Shown: positions 7,879-16,526 of the stretch, piece by piece
How positions within the stretch are numbered: the stretch's first letter is position 1
How the letters are laid out: every line of letters starts with the position of its first letter
Virus record (IMG/VR): IMGVR_UViG_3300032240_001498
Span: 96,001-160,000 of that record
DNA: 64,000 nucleotides
Origin: a virus
Taxonomy: Duplodnaviria; Caudoviricetes
Direction: 5' to 3' (one strand)
Made by a program: the position numbers and the translations under genes
Notes under the pieces: generated by a model
Databases searched by the model: none
Told to the model about the DNA's origin: nothing
What the model saw: the letters and a program-made list of their open reading frames with translations, nothing else

Positions 7879-7907
7879 ATTTTAACAAAACTACAGTGGT
7901 AAATCAA
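7879..7907 (-). promoter_or_regulatory. Sigma70-type promoter for gp47-gp46
   Basis: TTGATT (7902-7907), 17 nt spacer, TAAAAT (7879-7884); AGGAG SD before ATG 7861. Confidence 0.65.
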
Positions 7908-8827
7908 GTGGTTTCCTTGCCATCTGTAGTTTCTGCTTCCTCTTCTTCGATAGGATCTTCTTCGCTCTTTGGCATGCGCATGTTCTTATAAAGCTCTGCC
8001 TGACGAGCAATCTCTTCTGCAAACTCTTGACTGTATTGTCTTGTCATAGAAGGGGTTAAACCGTTTTCTTCTAACATGTCGTCTCGAATGTTTTGATTCT
8101 TCTTTTCAATGTTTAGAATACGGGTAAAGCTGTTGGTCACTGCGGCGGTATAGTAAGCAAATGGGTTTTCTGATTTTGATTCGTCAAACTGTAGACCAAT
8201 TTGGCTTAATTGTAGGATAGCCTGTCCTTTCATTTCATCGATGTAAGTATAACCGCGCCAGTTGCTACGCTGTGCGTAACGCTCTGATAACTTGATATAC
8301 ATCTTACCTAGGTTTTCAGTAATGCGTCCGTGATCTTTGCTAAACTTGCCAGTTTTAACTCCGCCCTTCCAATGACTCTTGCCCACACACTCTAAATTAC
8401 CTTGATCATCATACTTCCAATGTTGGAATGGAGGAAAGTTGACTTTATCGTGACTGTCTGCTGTGGTCTTTGTGGTCTTTTTACGACCAGGTGCTAATGG
8501 AATATGTTCAAACGTCATAATGCGTATGACAACATCTTCTTTAGGAATCGTTTTGTAATCGGGTGTAACTTCTGCAAGTTTGGTTTTTTTATCGCCTGCG
8601 ATTCTTAATGCGTTAAATGCTTCAATACCAATTCGCTTTGCTCTTGCACGTTTGGCATCTGCTACTGTGCGAATGTTGATTTTGTCTAAGTTTGTAAGTA
8701 TGATATCGTATTGATGATATTCTGCTTTTGTAAAACTGCAAAAACTTACTTTGCTTTTGTGTATCTCTGCCAATAAATCTCTATTGTTTAGATACTTGAC
8801 TTTTCTTGTTGTTATTATTGATGTCAT
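7904..8827 (-). CDS. gp55: Late-transcription sigma factor, T4 gp55-like
   Basis: YLNNRDLL at the N-terminus; NWRGYTYIDEM and KSENPFAYYT...NSFTRILNIEKK typical of gp55 homologues; large basic insert in the N-terminal half. Confidence 0.8.
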   Translation of the reverse strand: MTSIITTRKVKYLNNRDLLAEIHKSKVSFCSFTKAEYHQYDIILTNLDKINIRTVADAKRARAKRIGIEAFNALRIAGDKKTKLAEVTPDYKTIPKEDVVIRIMTFEHIPLAPGRKKTTKTTADSHDKVNFPPFQHWKYDDQGNLECVGKSHWKGGVKTGKFSKDHGRITENLGKMYIKLSERYAQRSNWRGYTYIDEMKGQAILQLSQIGLQFDESKSENPFAYYTAAVTNSFTRILNIEKKNQNIRDDMLEENGLTPSMTRQYSQEFAEEIARQAELYKNMRMPKSEEDPIEEEEAETTDGKETT

Positions 8828-8847
8828 GTATAGGATCTCCCAGTACT

Positions 8848-8875
8848 ATTATAGCAGAAAAAAGTAAGAAGTCAA
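8848..8875 (-). promoter_or_regulatory. Sigma70-type promoter for the gp55-like gene
   Basis: TTGACT (8870-8875), 16 nt spacer, TATAAT (8848-8853); GGGAG SD before ATG 8827. Confidence 0.7.
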
Positions 8876-8897
8876 GACTTTTATTATCTACGTACAT

Positions 8898-8915
8898 TAT
8901 TTATCAGGGTAAATA
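8898..8915. promoter_or_regulatory. Back-to-back TAAATA boxes: - at 8898-8903, + at 8910-8915 (start of structural block)
   Basis: attatttatcagggtaaataac; the + box is 19 nt upstream of ATG 8935. Confidence 0.6.
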
Positions 8916-8934
8916 ACTGGTAAAGGAAAAACAC

Positions 8935-9696
8935 ATGGCAGAAACTACTGAAGGAAAAGTCTTTGAAAAAACTATGGCAGGTAAAGACCTAGCATCACCT
9001 GCCCCTGCCGGCCCTGCATCTGTAGTTTGGAGTGGAAGCAAAGCACAGGACATTAGAGTAAAGCTGTGTGTTCCAGATATGTATACCTATGGTACACTTG
9101 GCGGCGGCCCATCATTAAAGGGACAAAGACCTTTTGAAGATATTGGCGGCCCTGGTTCTCGCGGCCAAGGTATAGGTCACCCCGGCGGAATTATATTTCC
9201 TTTTACGCCAACAATTAGTTACACTAATCAAGCATCCTATACTAACCTTGCTCCGACACATTCAAATTTTAACAATTATTTTTTTAAAAATTCGCAGACT
9301 GGTGCAATACAGATCACAGGAAAATTTACGTGTCAAAATGAATATGAAGGTTCGTTAATATTAGCAGTTCAACATCTGTTAAGAACTCTAACAAAAATGC
9401 GCTGGGGCGACGATGTTGGTGCAGGTTCACCACCACCTGTGTGTAGATTATTAGCCTACGGTAACAGCATGCTACACAAAGTACCAGTAGTGGTTCAAAG
9501 TTGGAAACTAGATTATCCTGACTCTGTTGATTACATTCAAGTAGGTGATGGTATTACAGATTATGGCGTAAACTTTGTTCCAGTTAATTGTTCTCTTACT
9601 CTAGAATTATTGCCTGTTTATAGTAGAGCGCAACAATTGGCCTACTCAGTTGACAAGTTTGCAAACGGTAAATTAGCAGATAAAGGATATCTATAA
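8935..9696 (+). CDS. Baseplate / tail-tube initiator-like structural protein
   Basis: 253 aa; GIIFPFTPTISY, ITGKFT, PPPVCRL...VPVVVQSW pattern of tube-fold baseplate proteins; first gene of the baseplate module. Confidence 0.55.
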   Translation: MAETTEGKVFEKTMAGKDLASPAPAGPASVVWSGSKAQDIRVKLCVPDMYTYGTLGGGPSLKGQRPFEDIGGPGSRGQGIGHPGGIIFPFTPTISYTNQASYTNLAPTHSNFNNYFFKNSQTGAIQITGKFTCQNEYEGSLILAVQHLLRTLTKMRWGDDVGAGSPPPVCRLLAYGNSMLHKVPVVVQSWKLDYPDSVDYIQVGDGITDYGVNFVPVNCSLTLELLPVYSRAQQLAYSVDKFANGKLADKGYL

Positions 9697-9697
9697 A

Positions 9698-10003
9698 ATG
9701 GCAAATATTACCTATAGTAAAGCAAGTCCTTATTACAACACTCCTTTAAAAGGCAATCATCTAGACATAATGAGCGTTCGAGATATTCCTGCACTTAAAG
9801 ATGATGTCTTGTTTACAGTAACATCGCAGTATAAACATCGCCCAGACCTGTTGGCGTTTGACATATATCAGAATGAACAATTATGGTGGGTATTTGCCAT
9901 GCGTAATAAAGATGTTGTTCGAGATCCAGTGTATGATATGATACCTGGCATTAAAATTTTTATTCCACAACTTTCAACAATCAATAAAGCACTGGGATTA
10001 TAA
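9698..10003 (+). CDS. Baseplate wedge protein, gp53/LysM-like
   Basis: 101 aa; YKHRPDLLAFDIYQNEQLWWVFAMRN motif typical of gp53-like proteins. Confidence 0.75.
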   Translation: MANITYSKASPYYNTPLKGNHLDIMSVRDIPALKDDVLFTVTSQYKHRPDLLAFDIYQNEQLWWVFAMRNKDVVRDPVYDMIPGIKIFIPQLSTINKALGL

Positions 10004-10004
10004 A

Positions 10005-13000
10005 ATGGCGGACACGTTTTATTTAAACACCGGTAGTACATTTGCGTCAGTGGGTGCAACTAACCCACTGAATAATTATAGTTCGTACAACTATGTGTTT
10101 ACTCTTGCGGCGCTAACTCAAGACGAGTTTAACAGTACTTCTTATCTTGCAAAATCTCCTCAGTTAGAACATGTGATATTCAAAACTTCGGGCAAGGGTA
10201 CAAAGGGGATTACTGATAAAGAATTATTTAACTACAATAGTGTGCCTACTGCAAGCGGAGACGCCGATGCACAGGATGGTGGATTCTACGGTACCAAGAT
10301 ATCTAAAAACGATGAATTGAAACAATTGGTAGATGAATTCAATAAAAATGGCACAGGTAGATTTGATCTATTTGTAGAAAGTCTTGAGATGAACGGTCCT
10401 TGGAAATTAACAGAAGGCGCTGTTGTAACACAGATTCAGATGACGGTAATAGAACCTCTTAGTATGAATGGGTTTCTCGAGTCGTTGCGAGTAAATTGCC
10501 TAGCCGCAGGATATGAATCTCATGTCGGAGTACCGCTATGCTTAAAGATAGAATTCTGGGGGTGGAACGATACTACCGGCAAAGCTGAAAAAGTACCAAG
10601 GTCTGAAAGATACTGGACAGTTGGATTAAACAATGTTCAAATTACTTCTGATGAGCGCGGCACCAGCTACAGATGCGGATTTGTCAATATGAATGCAAAC
10701 GTGCTAGGCATGGATGCAGACGTTCCGGTGACCTTAAAGATGAAAGGCAAAAAAATTGGAGATATGCTCACGAGCTTGTTAAAAGAAGTAGAAGATGCCA
10801 AAAAGAAAGGCAATGATTCCGAAGGGGCAAAAGTCTTCAACTCATACGAAATCAAATTTGAACCAGTAAAAGCACCCGACGGATCATCAGAAACTTTTAC
10901 AATAGAAGATAAAGAAATTAATGATTTCCTAAGAGCAAACAATATGTTTGAATATGCGGCGCCTACTGATAAAACAAAGAAAAACAATTATAAATTTGTA
11001 GATGATAAAGTTACTGCTGTTAAGTATGACCCAGCAGGCGGAACAATTTCTGTTAGATCAGGAACTAAGATTTTTGATATTATAGATGCTGTTATTAGAG
11101 ATAGCGCATATACTAAAGATTTTATTGACAATAAAGACAAATGGAAAGACAAGTACAAAGGAAAAGTTCCATGGTATAGGATTCATGTCACGACTAAAGT
11201 AAAAGACAAAGTAAATCCCAAAGAAGAGCGCCCTGCATATACAATTACCTATACAGTTAGAGCCTATTGGATACATTATTCACGGTTACCTGAGGAATTT
11301 GGATCTTGGGATCCCGAGGGCATACGAAAAACTCTATCTAGAACATATAACTATATCTACACTGGAAAAAATGTTGACCTATTAGATTTTAGAATTAGTT
11401 TTAATTCCTTATATTTGCAAGAGCGCCCCTACAAGTTAGGTGTGCAAGATAGGTCGGCGACTTCGCTAGGCGCTTCTCCTAGCAACACGGTGCAAGTGAA
11501 AGCTGGTGACCAAGAGAAGAAAAATCCCAATCTACAGGTTAACACAGCACCGGCTATTGCAGGCAGTACTAACAAAGGCGGCTTGGACGGAAAGCCAATT
11601 CAAATATCACCATACCTTCAACTGGCCCAAGCCATTCAGAACCAGTTGCTTGACAATAATGAGATGCAGGGAATGACCTGTAAAATTATTGGCGATCCGT
11701 ATTATCTAGTCACTGGTGGTATGAGTAACGTAGAATATGAGCTCGAGAACGAAACGCAAACCAAGGGAGGAGAAGCTCCGTGGTTAGACGGAGAAATCTA
11801 TATTAGTATCGATTTTAAAAACCCCAGAGATTATCGCGCAGATGGGTTTATGGATTTTGGCGGAGAAACTATAGACCATTTCAGCGGAATATTTGGAGTA
11901 CGATCAATAGACCATCATTTTAGAGATGGTGAATTCACACAAACATTGAACCTGTGGAGATTAGCAGGACAGCAACCTTCTAAGAAAGTAACACCTTCGA
12001 TACCTTTTAAAGCGACGCCAGAACCCGGCCAACAACAAACAAAAGATTCTGCTCCTGCGTCAGTTAACAAGTACGGTGCTAAGAAAGCAGTTGCTGACAT
12101 AAACAAAATTTTAAATCCTCAAATTCCTAGCCTTGGAGCGATTGGATTTATGAATTCTCTAAATGGGCTCTACAACAGGGCAACAAATACCTTACAATCT
12201 TCAGTTGCAAGATTAGATGCCGCCGCAGCCGAAACACTGGGAGCGGTACAGGGATTACTTGCTCCTGTACAAACACTTGCTACGGTTGGTATGCAAATCG
12301 GAGGACTTGTTGCGGTGGCAGATGCACTATTAAACAATCCGGGCGCCCCGGCAGTTGGCCAAAGCCTGACAGGATATAATCCCTATACCAACGGAATACC
12401 TTTGCAAACAACTACGATTCCTGCACCAAGTAGTAACGCACAAAATCAAGCTAATCAGTCTGCTCAGGCAAATATTATTTCTAGCTTTGTTCAAGATACT
12501 AATAATCTTTACACGTTGGAAACAAATTATAAAAACAATGTGATTACCTCAGATGGTAAAAATTATATTACAAATCCATCGTCTCCTTCTAATTTAAACA
12601 ATGTTGGACAAAAGACTATTGCCGCATTAAATGGAATACCGACTGATCCTACGGCAATTGCCGCACAATTAGGAATCGACCCTGCACAGTTTTCTGGATT
12701 GTCAGCAGATCAACAAACATCACTATTGTCAAGACTACAAAAAGTATTTGCAACAGTTCCGTTAGATGCGAATATTCAAGGATTCCAAGCACTGGGTCTA
12801 AGTTTAAAAAATATCACAGGCGCCGCAATTCCAAAACTACCTGCATTACAGGCATTAACAACAGCACCAATAGCTAATGTTAGTCAATATGATTTACAAA
12901 AAATTCTAGCCAGCGGCGGTAATCCAGCAAACTTACCGGGAGCAACTTCTTTTGCATCTGTTGCCGCGGTACTGGCATTGTTTGGCGGATCTCGAGGGCA

Positions 13001-13277
13001 ATCCGGAGGAACAAGCGGCGGTAACCCATTAGTTGTGCAACAACAAATCGACAAGTTCAGTAGTGCCAGTGCATTAAACAATGCAAGTTTAAATACTGCT
13101 GGGCTACAACCGGCGGTGCAAGGATTAGGATCAGTTGAGTCTAACCAAGCCAATGCAGTCCAGACTGTACAGGGATTTGGCGGATATTATGTACAAGCAA
13201 ATACGGCAAATAGTTTATACGGTACACAAAGAACATTAAGTCCGTTAGATAAACTCATGTTAACAAAACAAAGCTAA
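10005..13277 (+). CDS. Baseplate hub protein (gp27-like) with long low-complexity C-terminal extension
   Basis: 1090 aa between gp53-like and gp5-like genes; KIIGDPYYL and FSGIFGVRSIDHHFRDGEFTQTLNL hub motifs; the last ~400 aa are rich in A/Q/N/G/L. Confidence 0.6.
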   Translation: MADTFYLNTGSTFASVGATNPLNNYSSYNYVFTLAALTQDEFNSTSYLAKSPQLEHVIFKTSGKGTKGITDKELFNYNSVPTASGDADAQDGGFYGTKISKNDELKQLVDEFNKNGTGRFDLFVESLEMNGPWKLTEGAVVTQIQMTVIEPLSMNGFLESLRVNCLAAGYESHVGVPLCLKIEFWGWNDTTGKAEKVPRSERYWTVGLNNVQITSDERGTSYRCGFVNMNANVLGMDADVPVTLKMKGKKIGDMLTSLLKEVEDAKKKGNDSEGAKVFNSYEIKFEPVKAPDGSSETFTIEDKEINDFLRANNMFEYAAPTDKTKKNNYKFVDDKVTAVKYDPAGGTISVRSGTKIFDIIDAVIRDSAYTKDFIDNKDKWKDKYKGKVPWYRIHVTTKVKDKVNPKEERPAYTITYTVRAYWIHYSRLPEEFGSWDPEGIRKTLSRTYNYIYTGKNVDLLDFRISFNSLYLQERPYKLGVQDRSATSLGASPSNTVQVKAGDQEKKNPNLQVNTAPAIAGSTNKGGLDGKPIQISPYLQLAQAIQNQLLDNNEMQGMTCKIIGDPYYLVTGGMSNVEYELENETQTKGGEAPWLDGEIYISIDFKNPRDYRADGFMDFGGETIDHFSGIFGVRSIDHHFRDGEFTQTLNLWRLAGQQPSKKVTPSIPFKATPEPGQQQTKDSAPASVNKYGAKKAVADINKILNPQIPSLGAIGFMNSLNGLYNRATNTLQSSVARLDAAAAETLGAVQGLLAPVQTLATVGMQIGGLVAVADALLNNPGAPAVGQSLTGYNPYTNGIPLQTTTIPAPSSNAQNQANQSAQANIISSFVQDTNNLYTLETNYKNNVITSDGKNYITNPSSPSNLNNVGQKTIAALNGIPTDPTAIAAQLGIDPAQFSGLSADQQTSLLSRLQKVFATVPLDANIQGFQALGLSLKNITGAAIPKLPALQALTTAPIANVSQYDLQKILASGGNPANLPGATSFASVAAVLALFGGSRGQSGGTSGGNPLVVQQQIDKFSSASALNNASLNTAGLQPAVQGLGSVESNQANAVQTVQGFGGYYVQANTANSLYGTQRTLSPLDKLMLTKQS

Positions 13278-13282
13278 AATAA

Positions 13283-16021
13283 ATGGCAATTAATTCAACA
13301 GAATCAGCACATAAGAGTCTTGAAGGCCAAGTCATGGATGCCGGCCCCTACCTAGCTAGGGTAGTAAACCATCTTGATTCTACCATAATGGGCGGATTAG
13401 AAGTATTGTTATATGAAGGCGGAACTGCCGATTCAAATCTACAGTCTAACGTAATTCCTGTTTATTATATGAGTCCGTTCTGGGGAACCACCTCGGTTTC
13501 GTTTGAAGGAAATAATTCAGCTAATTTTCAAGATGTACAAAAATCTTATGGCATGTGGATGGTACCACCTGATATCGGATCCTGTGTTATGGTTATTTTT
13601 GTAAGGGGAATGTCAAATGCTGGCTATTGGATTGGGTGCGTTCCTGATACATATCAAAATCATATGGTACCTGGTATTGCCGCTTCTCGTAATGTTGCAC
13701 TAACAACTGAACAAGAAAGAAAATACGGAACTACGTATCTTCCAGTAGGCGAATTTTTAAAACGCAGTAGGGATTTATCGGGAGCCGAAGTTGACAAATT
13801 TACAAAACCTGTTCATCCATTTGCAGATAGATTATTAGAACAAGGACTTATAGTAGACGACATACGGGGTGTAACATCTAGTTCGGCTAGAAGAGAATAT
13901 CCGTCAAGTGTGTTTGGTATTAGCACACCGGGTCCTATTGATACATCTCAAGGAGCTAAAACAGGTCAAATTGGTTTTGGCGAAAAAGCTACAGCATACG
14001 TAAGCAGGTTAGGAGGTTCTCAGTTTGTTATGGACGACGGAGATAAACAAGGACTTAACGAGCTTGTTAGAATACGTACTCGCACTGGTCATCAAATTCT
14101 TTTACATAACAGCAGTGATTTGATTTACATTGCTAATGCCAAAGGTACTGCATGGATAGAGCTAACCAGTCAAGGTAAGATTGATGCATACTCTGCTGAT
14201 TCTATATCACTTCATGCGGAGGGCGATTTTAATCTACGTGCTGATCGAGACTTTAATATTGAAGCAGGAAGAAACGTAAAAATTGCTGGAGGTGATGATG
14301 TACAACTAGAAGCTGGCGCAAATTTATATGCTAAGGCAGTTAAAACTATAAAAACCAATGCAAGCCAAGAAATACATTTTAGTGCCGGAACTGATTTATA
14401 CATTGGTGCGCAGTCCGATGTAAACATCACCGCCGCAAGTGATAACTTATACCTTACTTCGGGCGGCTCTGCTCACATCAAATCAACAGGTGATATGTTT
14501 ATAGGATCGACGCTTTCTATGAATATCAACGGAGGTTCGACTGCGTTATTGGGTAGCAAAGGTGCTGTTAGTTTTAATTCTAACGCTACAATATCTATTG
14601 CCGCCAAAAATACTGTTAATATACTAGGCGAAGGATCTTTGAATTTAACATCTCCAGATCTTAATATGAATAGCAATCCGGCTACAGCTGGACCAGCGCC
14701 TGGTTCTCCTAATTCTGCACAGCCTCCTACTACTCCTGATCCTCTTCAAAGATATAATCTACCTAACATAAAAATAGGTGCGTGGAGTGATGGAGAACAT
14801 TACAGAGCATCTGATCTTGTAACAATTATGACTCGAGTTCCAACGCATGAGCCATGGCCACAACACGAAAGTGTAAATCCTGATAGATTCAGTTATGATA
14901 AGACTGACTCTGAAAACACCAGTACAAATACATATTCAACAGTTAATATCAAGTATAACAAAGCACCGACTGATACTCCTCCTAAGCCAACTGGAAATAT
15001 TGAAGAAGATAACATTGCGGCATTCTTATGGACTATCCGTGTTGCAGAAGGAACGGCTTCTAAAAATGGATATGTAACTCAATATACTGGAGCTGTGTTT
15101 GATGTAGATAATCCAGGCCTGCCAAACGGAGTTACTGCCCCATCTCGATTCCAATACTATAATAGACAGAAGTTAGGAGTCTACGGAAGTAACTCATATA
15201 GCCAATCTGGAGGAAAGATTGTAGTTGTTGGGGATAGTCTAGCAGTCGGCACCGGCTCTCAAATCGCAGGAGCCACGGTAGTTGCTAAAGAAGGTATCAG
15301 TAGTAGTGCTATTTTAAAGAGTGTGACAGGAAATACAAGTGTCCAAGGCGCAGACCTAGCTATTATTTCTGCAGGTGCCAACGACGGTGCAGGTATATCA
15401 GGCACAAATCCAAATTCTTCATTAACAATCTCTAATATAAAAGCAATTAAAGCGGCTCTTAATGCTAAAAAATATGTATGGATACTGCCATATAACAGAA
15501 GTGTAGCAACTGATATAATAGCCGCAGTAGGCAATGATGATTGTGTTGATTTAAAACAAACAGTTAATGTGAGTAGTGACAATCTTCATCCGTCAAGTTA
15601 TGCACCAGTGGCCGCCTCAGCCATTTCCAAAGGCGGCATAACCAGCGGCGGTAGTGCAGTTACTTGGAATAACAACAGCTACAAATTTAAAGACCATCCC
15701 CGAATTATTCTTGGACCTCCTAACGGTCTTAGGTCGTCTGCCGCAGGCGCCTATCAGTTTATGCCAGATACGTGGGACGATTGTAAGCGTGCCTGTAAGT
15801 TGCCAGACTTTAGCCCAGCCAGTCAAGATAAGGGAGCAATATATCTTATTCAACAAAAGAATGCACTTGAAGATGTTAAAGCAGGTAGATTTGCCAGAGC
15901 GGCTGAAAAAGTTAAAAAAGTGTGGGCAAGTTTCAAAGGTGCAGGTTACGGACAGAGAGAAATTGAAGTTAGTGTATTAGCAACCTATTATAAAGGTGCC
16001 GGCGGAACCATAGTTTCATAA
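13283..16021 (+). CDS. Baseplate spike, gp5/VgrG-like, with C-terminal lambda-type lytic transglycosylase containing a nested SGNH hydrolase
   Basis: OB-fold region (ARVVNHLD...YMSPFWG...GMWMVPPDIG), RIRTRTGHQILLH, beta-helix repeats; then FLWTIRVAEGT ... FKDHPR ... SAAGAYQF ... WASFKGAGYGQ, with GDSL/GAND/DNLH motifs in between. Confidence 0.8.
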   Translation: MAINSTESAHKSLEGQVMDAGPYLARVVNHLDSTIMGGLEVLLYEGGTADSNLQSNVIPVYYMSPFWGTTSVSFEGNNSANFQDVQKSYGMWMVPPDIGSCVMVIFVRGMSNAGYWIGCVPDTYQNHMVPGIAASRNVALTTEQERKYGTTYLPVGEFLKRSRDLSGAEVDKFTKPVHPFADRLLEQGLIVDDIRGVTSSSARREYPSSVFGISTPGPIDTSQGAKTGQIGFGEKATAYVSRLGGSQFVMDDGDKQGLNELVRIRTRTGHQILLHNSSDLIYIANAKGTAWIELTSQGKIDAYSADSISLHAEGDFNLRADRDFNIEAGRNVKIAGGDDVQLEAGANLYAKAVKTIKTNASQEIHFSAGTDLYIGAQSDVNITAASDNLYLTSGGSAHIKSTGDMFIGSTLSMNINGGSTALLGSKGAVSFNSNATISIAAKNTVNILGEGSLNLTSPDLNMNSNPATAGPAPGSPNSAQPPTTPDPLQRYNLPNIKIGAWSDGEHYRASDLVTIMTRVPTHEPWPQHESVNPDRFSYDKTDSENTSTNTYSTVNIKYNKAPTDTPPKPTGNIEEDNIAAFLWTIRVAEGTASKNGYVTQYTGAVFDVDNPGLPNGVTAPSRFQYYNRQKLGVYGSNSYSQSGGKIVVVGDSLAVGTGSQIAGATVVAKEGISSSAILKSVTGNTSVQGADLAIISAGANDGAGISGTNPNSSLTISNIKAIKAALNAKKYVWILPYNRSVATDIIAAVGNDDCVDLKQTVNVSSDNLHPSSYAPVAASAISKGGITSGGSAVTWNNNSYKFKDHPRIILGPPNGLRSSAAGAYQFMPDTWDDCKRACKLPDFSPASQDKGAIYLIQQKNALEDVKAGRFARAAEKVKKVWASFKGAGYGQREIEVSVLATYYKGAGGTIVS

Positions 16022-16026
16022 GCCAA

Positions 16027-16032
16027 TAAATA
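16027..16032 (+). promoter_or_regulatory. TAAATA box 4 nt before gp25 start
   Basis: ccaATAAATAactcATG. Confidence 0.5.
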
Positions 16033-16036
16033 ACTC

Positions 16037-16474
16037 ATGCCATATAAAAATATCATAATCCAACCTGCTAATTACAGCGAACAAAATCGTCAGCAAACGT
16101 CTCAGTTTTATGTAGGATTTTCAACACAAGATCCCTTAGCAAGAACTGTAACAATGTACGATTTTGATGTTGTAAAACAGGACTTGTTGAATTATTTTAA
16201 CACACGCCAGGGCGAGCGTGTGATGAATCCTGGTTGGGGAACTGTTATTTGGGACAAGCTATATGATCCTTTTACCGAAGAAGTTAGATCTGCAATTGAA
16301 GAAGATATTAAAAAAATCATAGCATCAGACCCTAGAGTTAATATTACCTCGGTTGTTATTACAGAAGCAGATTTTGGCCTCGTTTTAGAAATTACCCTTA
16401 CCTTTGTAGCCACGAGTCAAGTTGATGTAATGCGTTTGAACTTTGACAAACAGGCTGGTTTATCCCTACAATAA
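16037..16474 (+). CDS. gp25: Baseplate wedge subunit gp25-like
   Basis: QDLLNYFNTRQGERVMNPGWGTVIWDKLYDP...IIASDPRV. Confidence 0.9.
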   Translation: MPYKNIIIQPANYSEQNRQQTSQFYVGFSTQDPLARTVTMYDFDVVKQDLLNYFNTRQGERVMNPGWGTVIWDKLYDPFTEEVRSAIEEDIKKIIASDPRVNITSVVITEADFGLVLEITLTFVATSQVDVMRLNFDKQAGLSLQ

Positions 16475-16496
16475 TCTACGTAGTTTATTTTACTAA

Positions 16497-16502
16497 TAAA
16501 TA
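16497..16502 (+). promoter_or_regulatory. TAAATA box upstream of gp6-like gene
   Basis: ctaaTAAATAtg, 24 nt before ATG 16527. Confidence 0.55.
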
Positions 16503-16526
16503 TGTTATCCAAATGGCATAACATAT

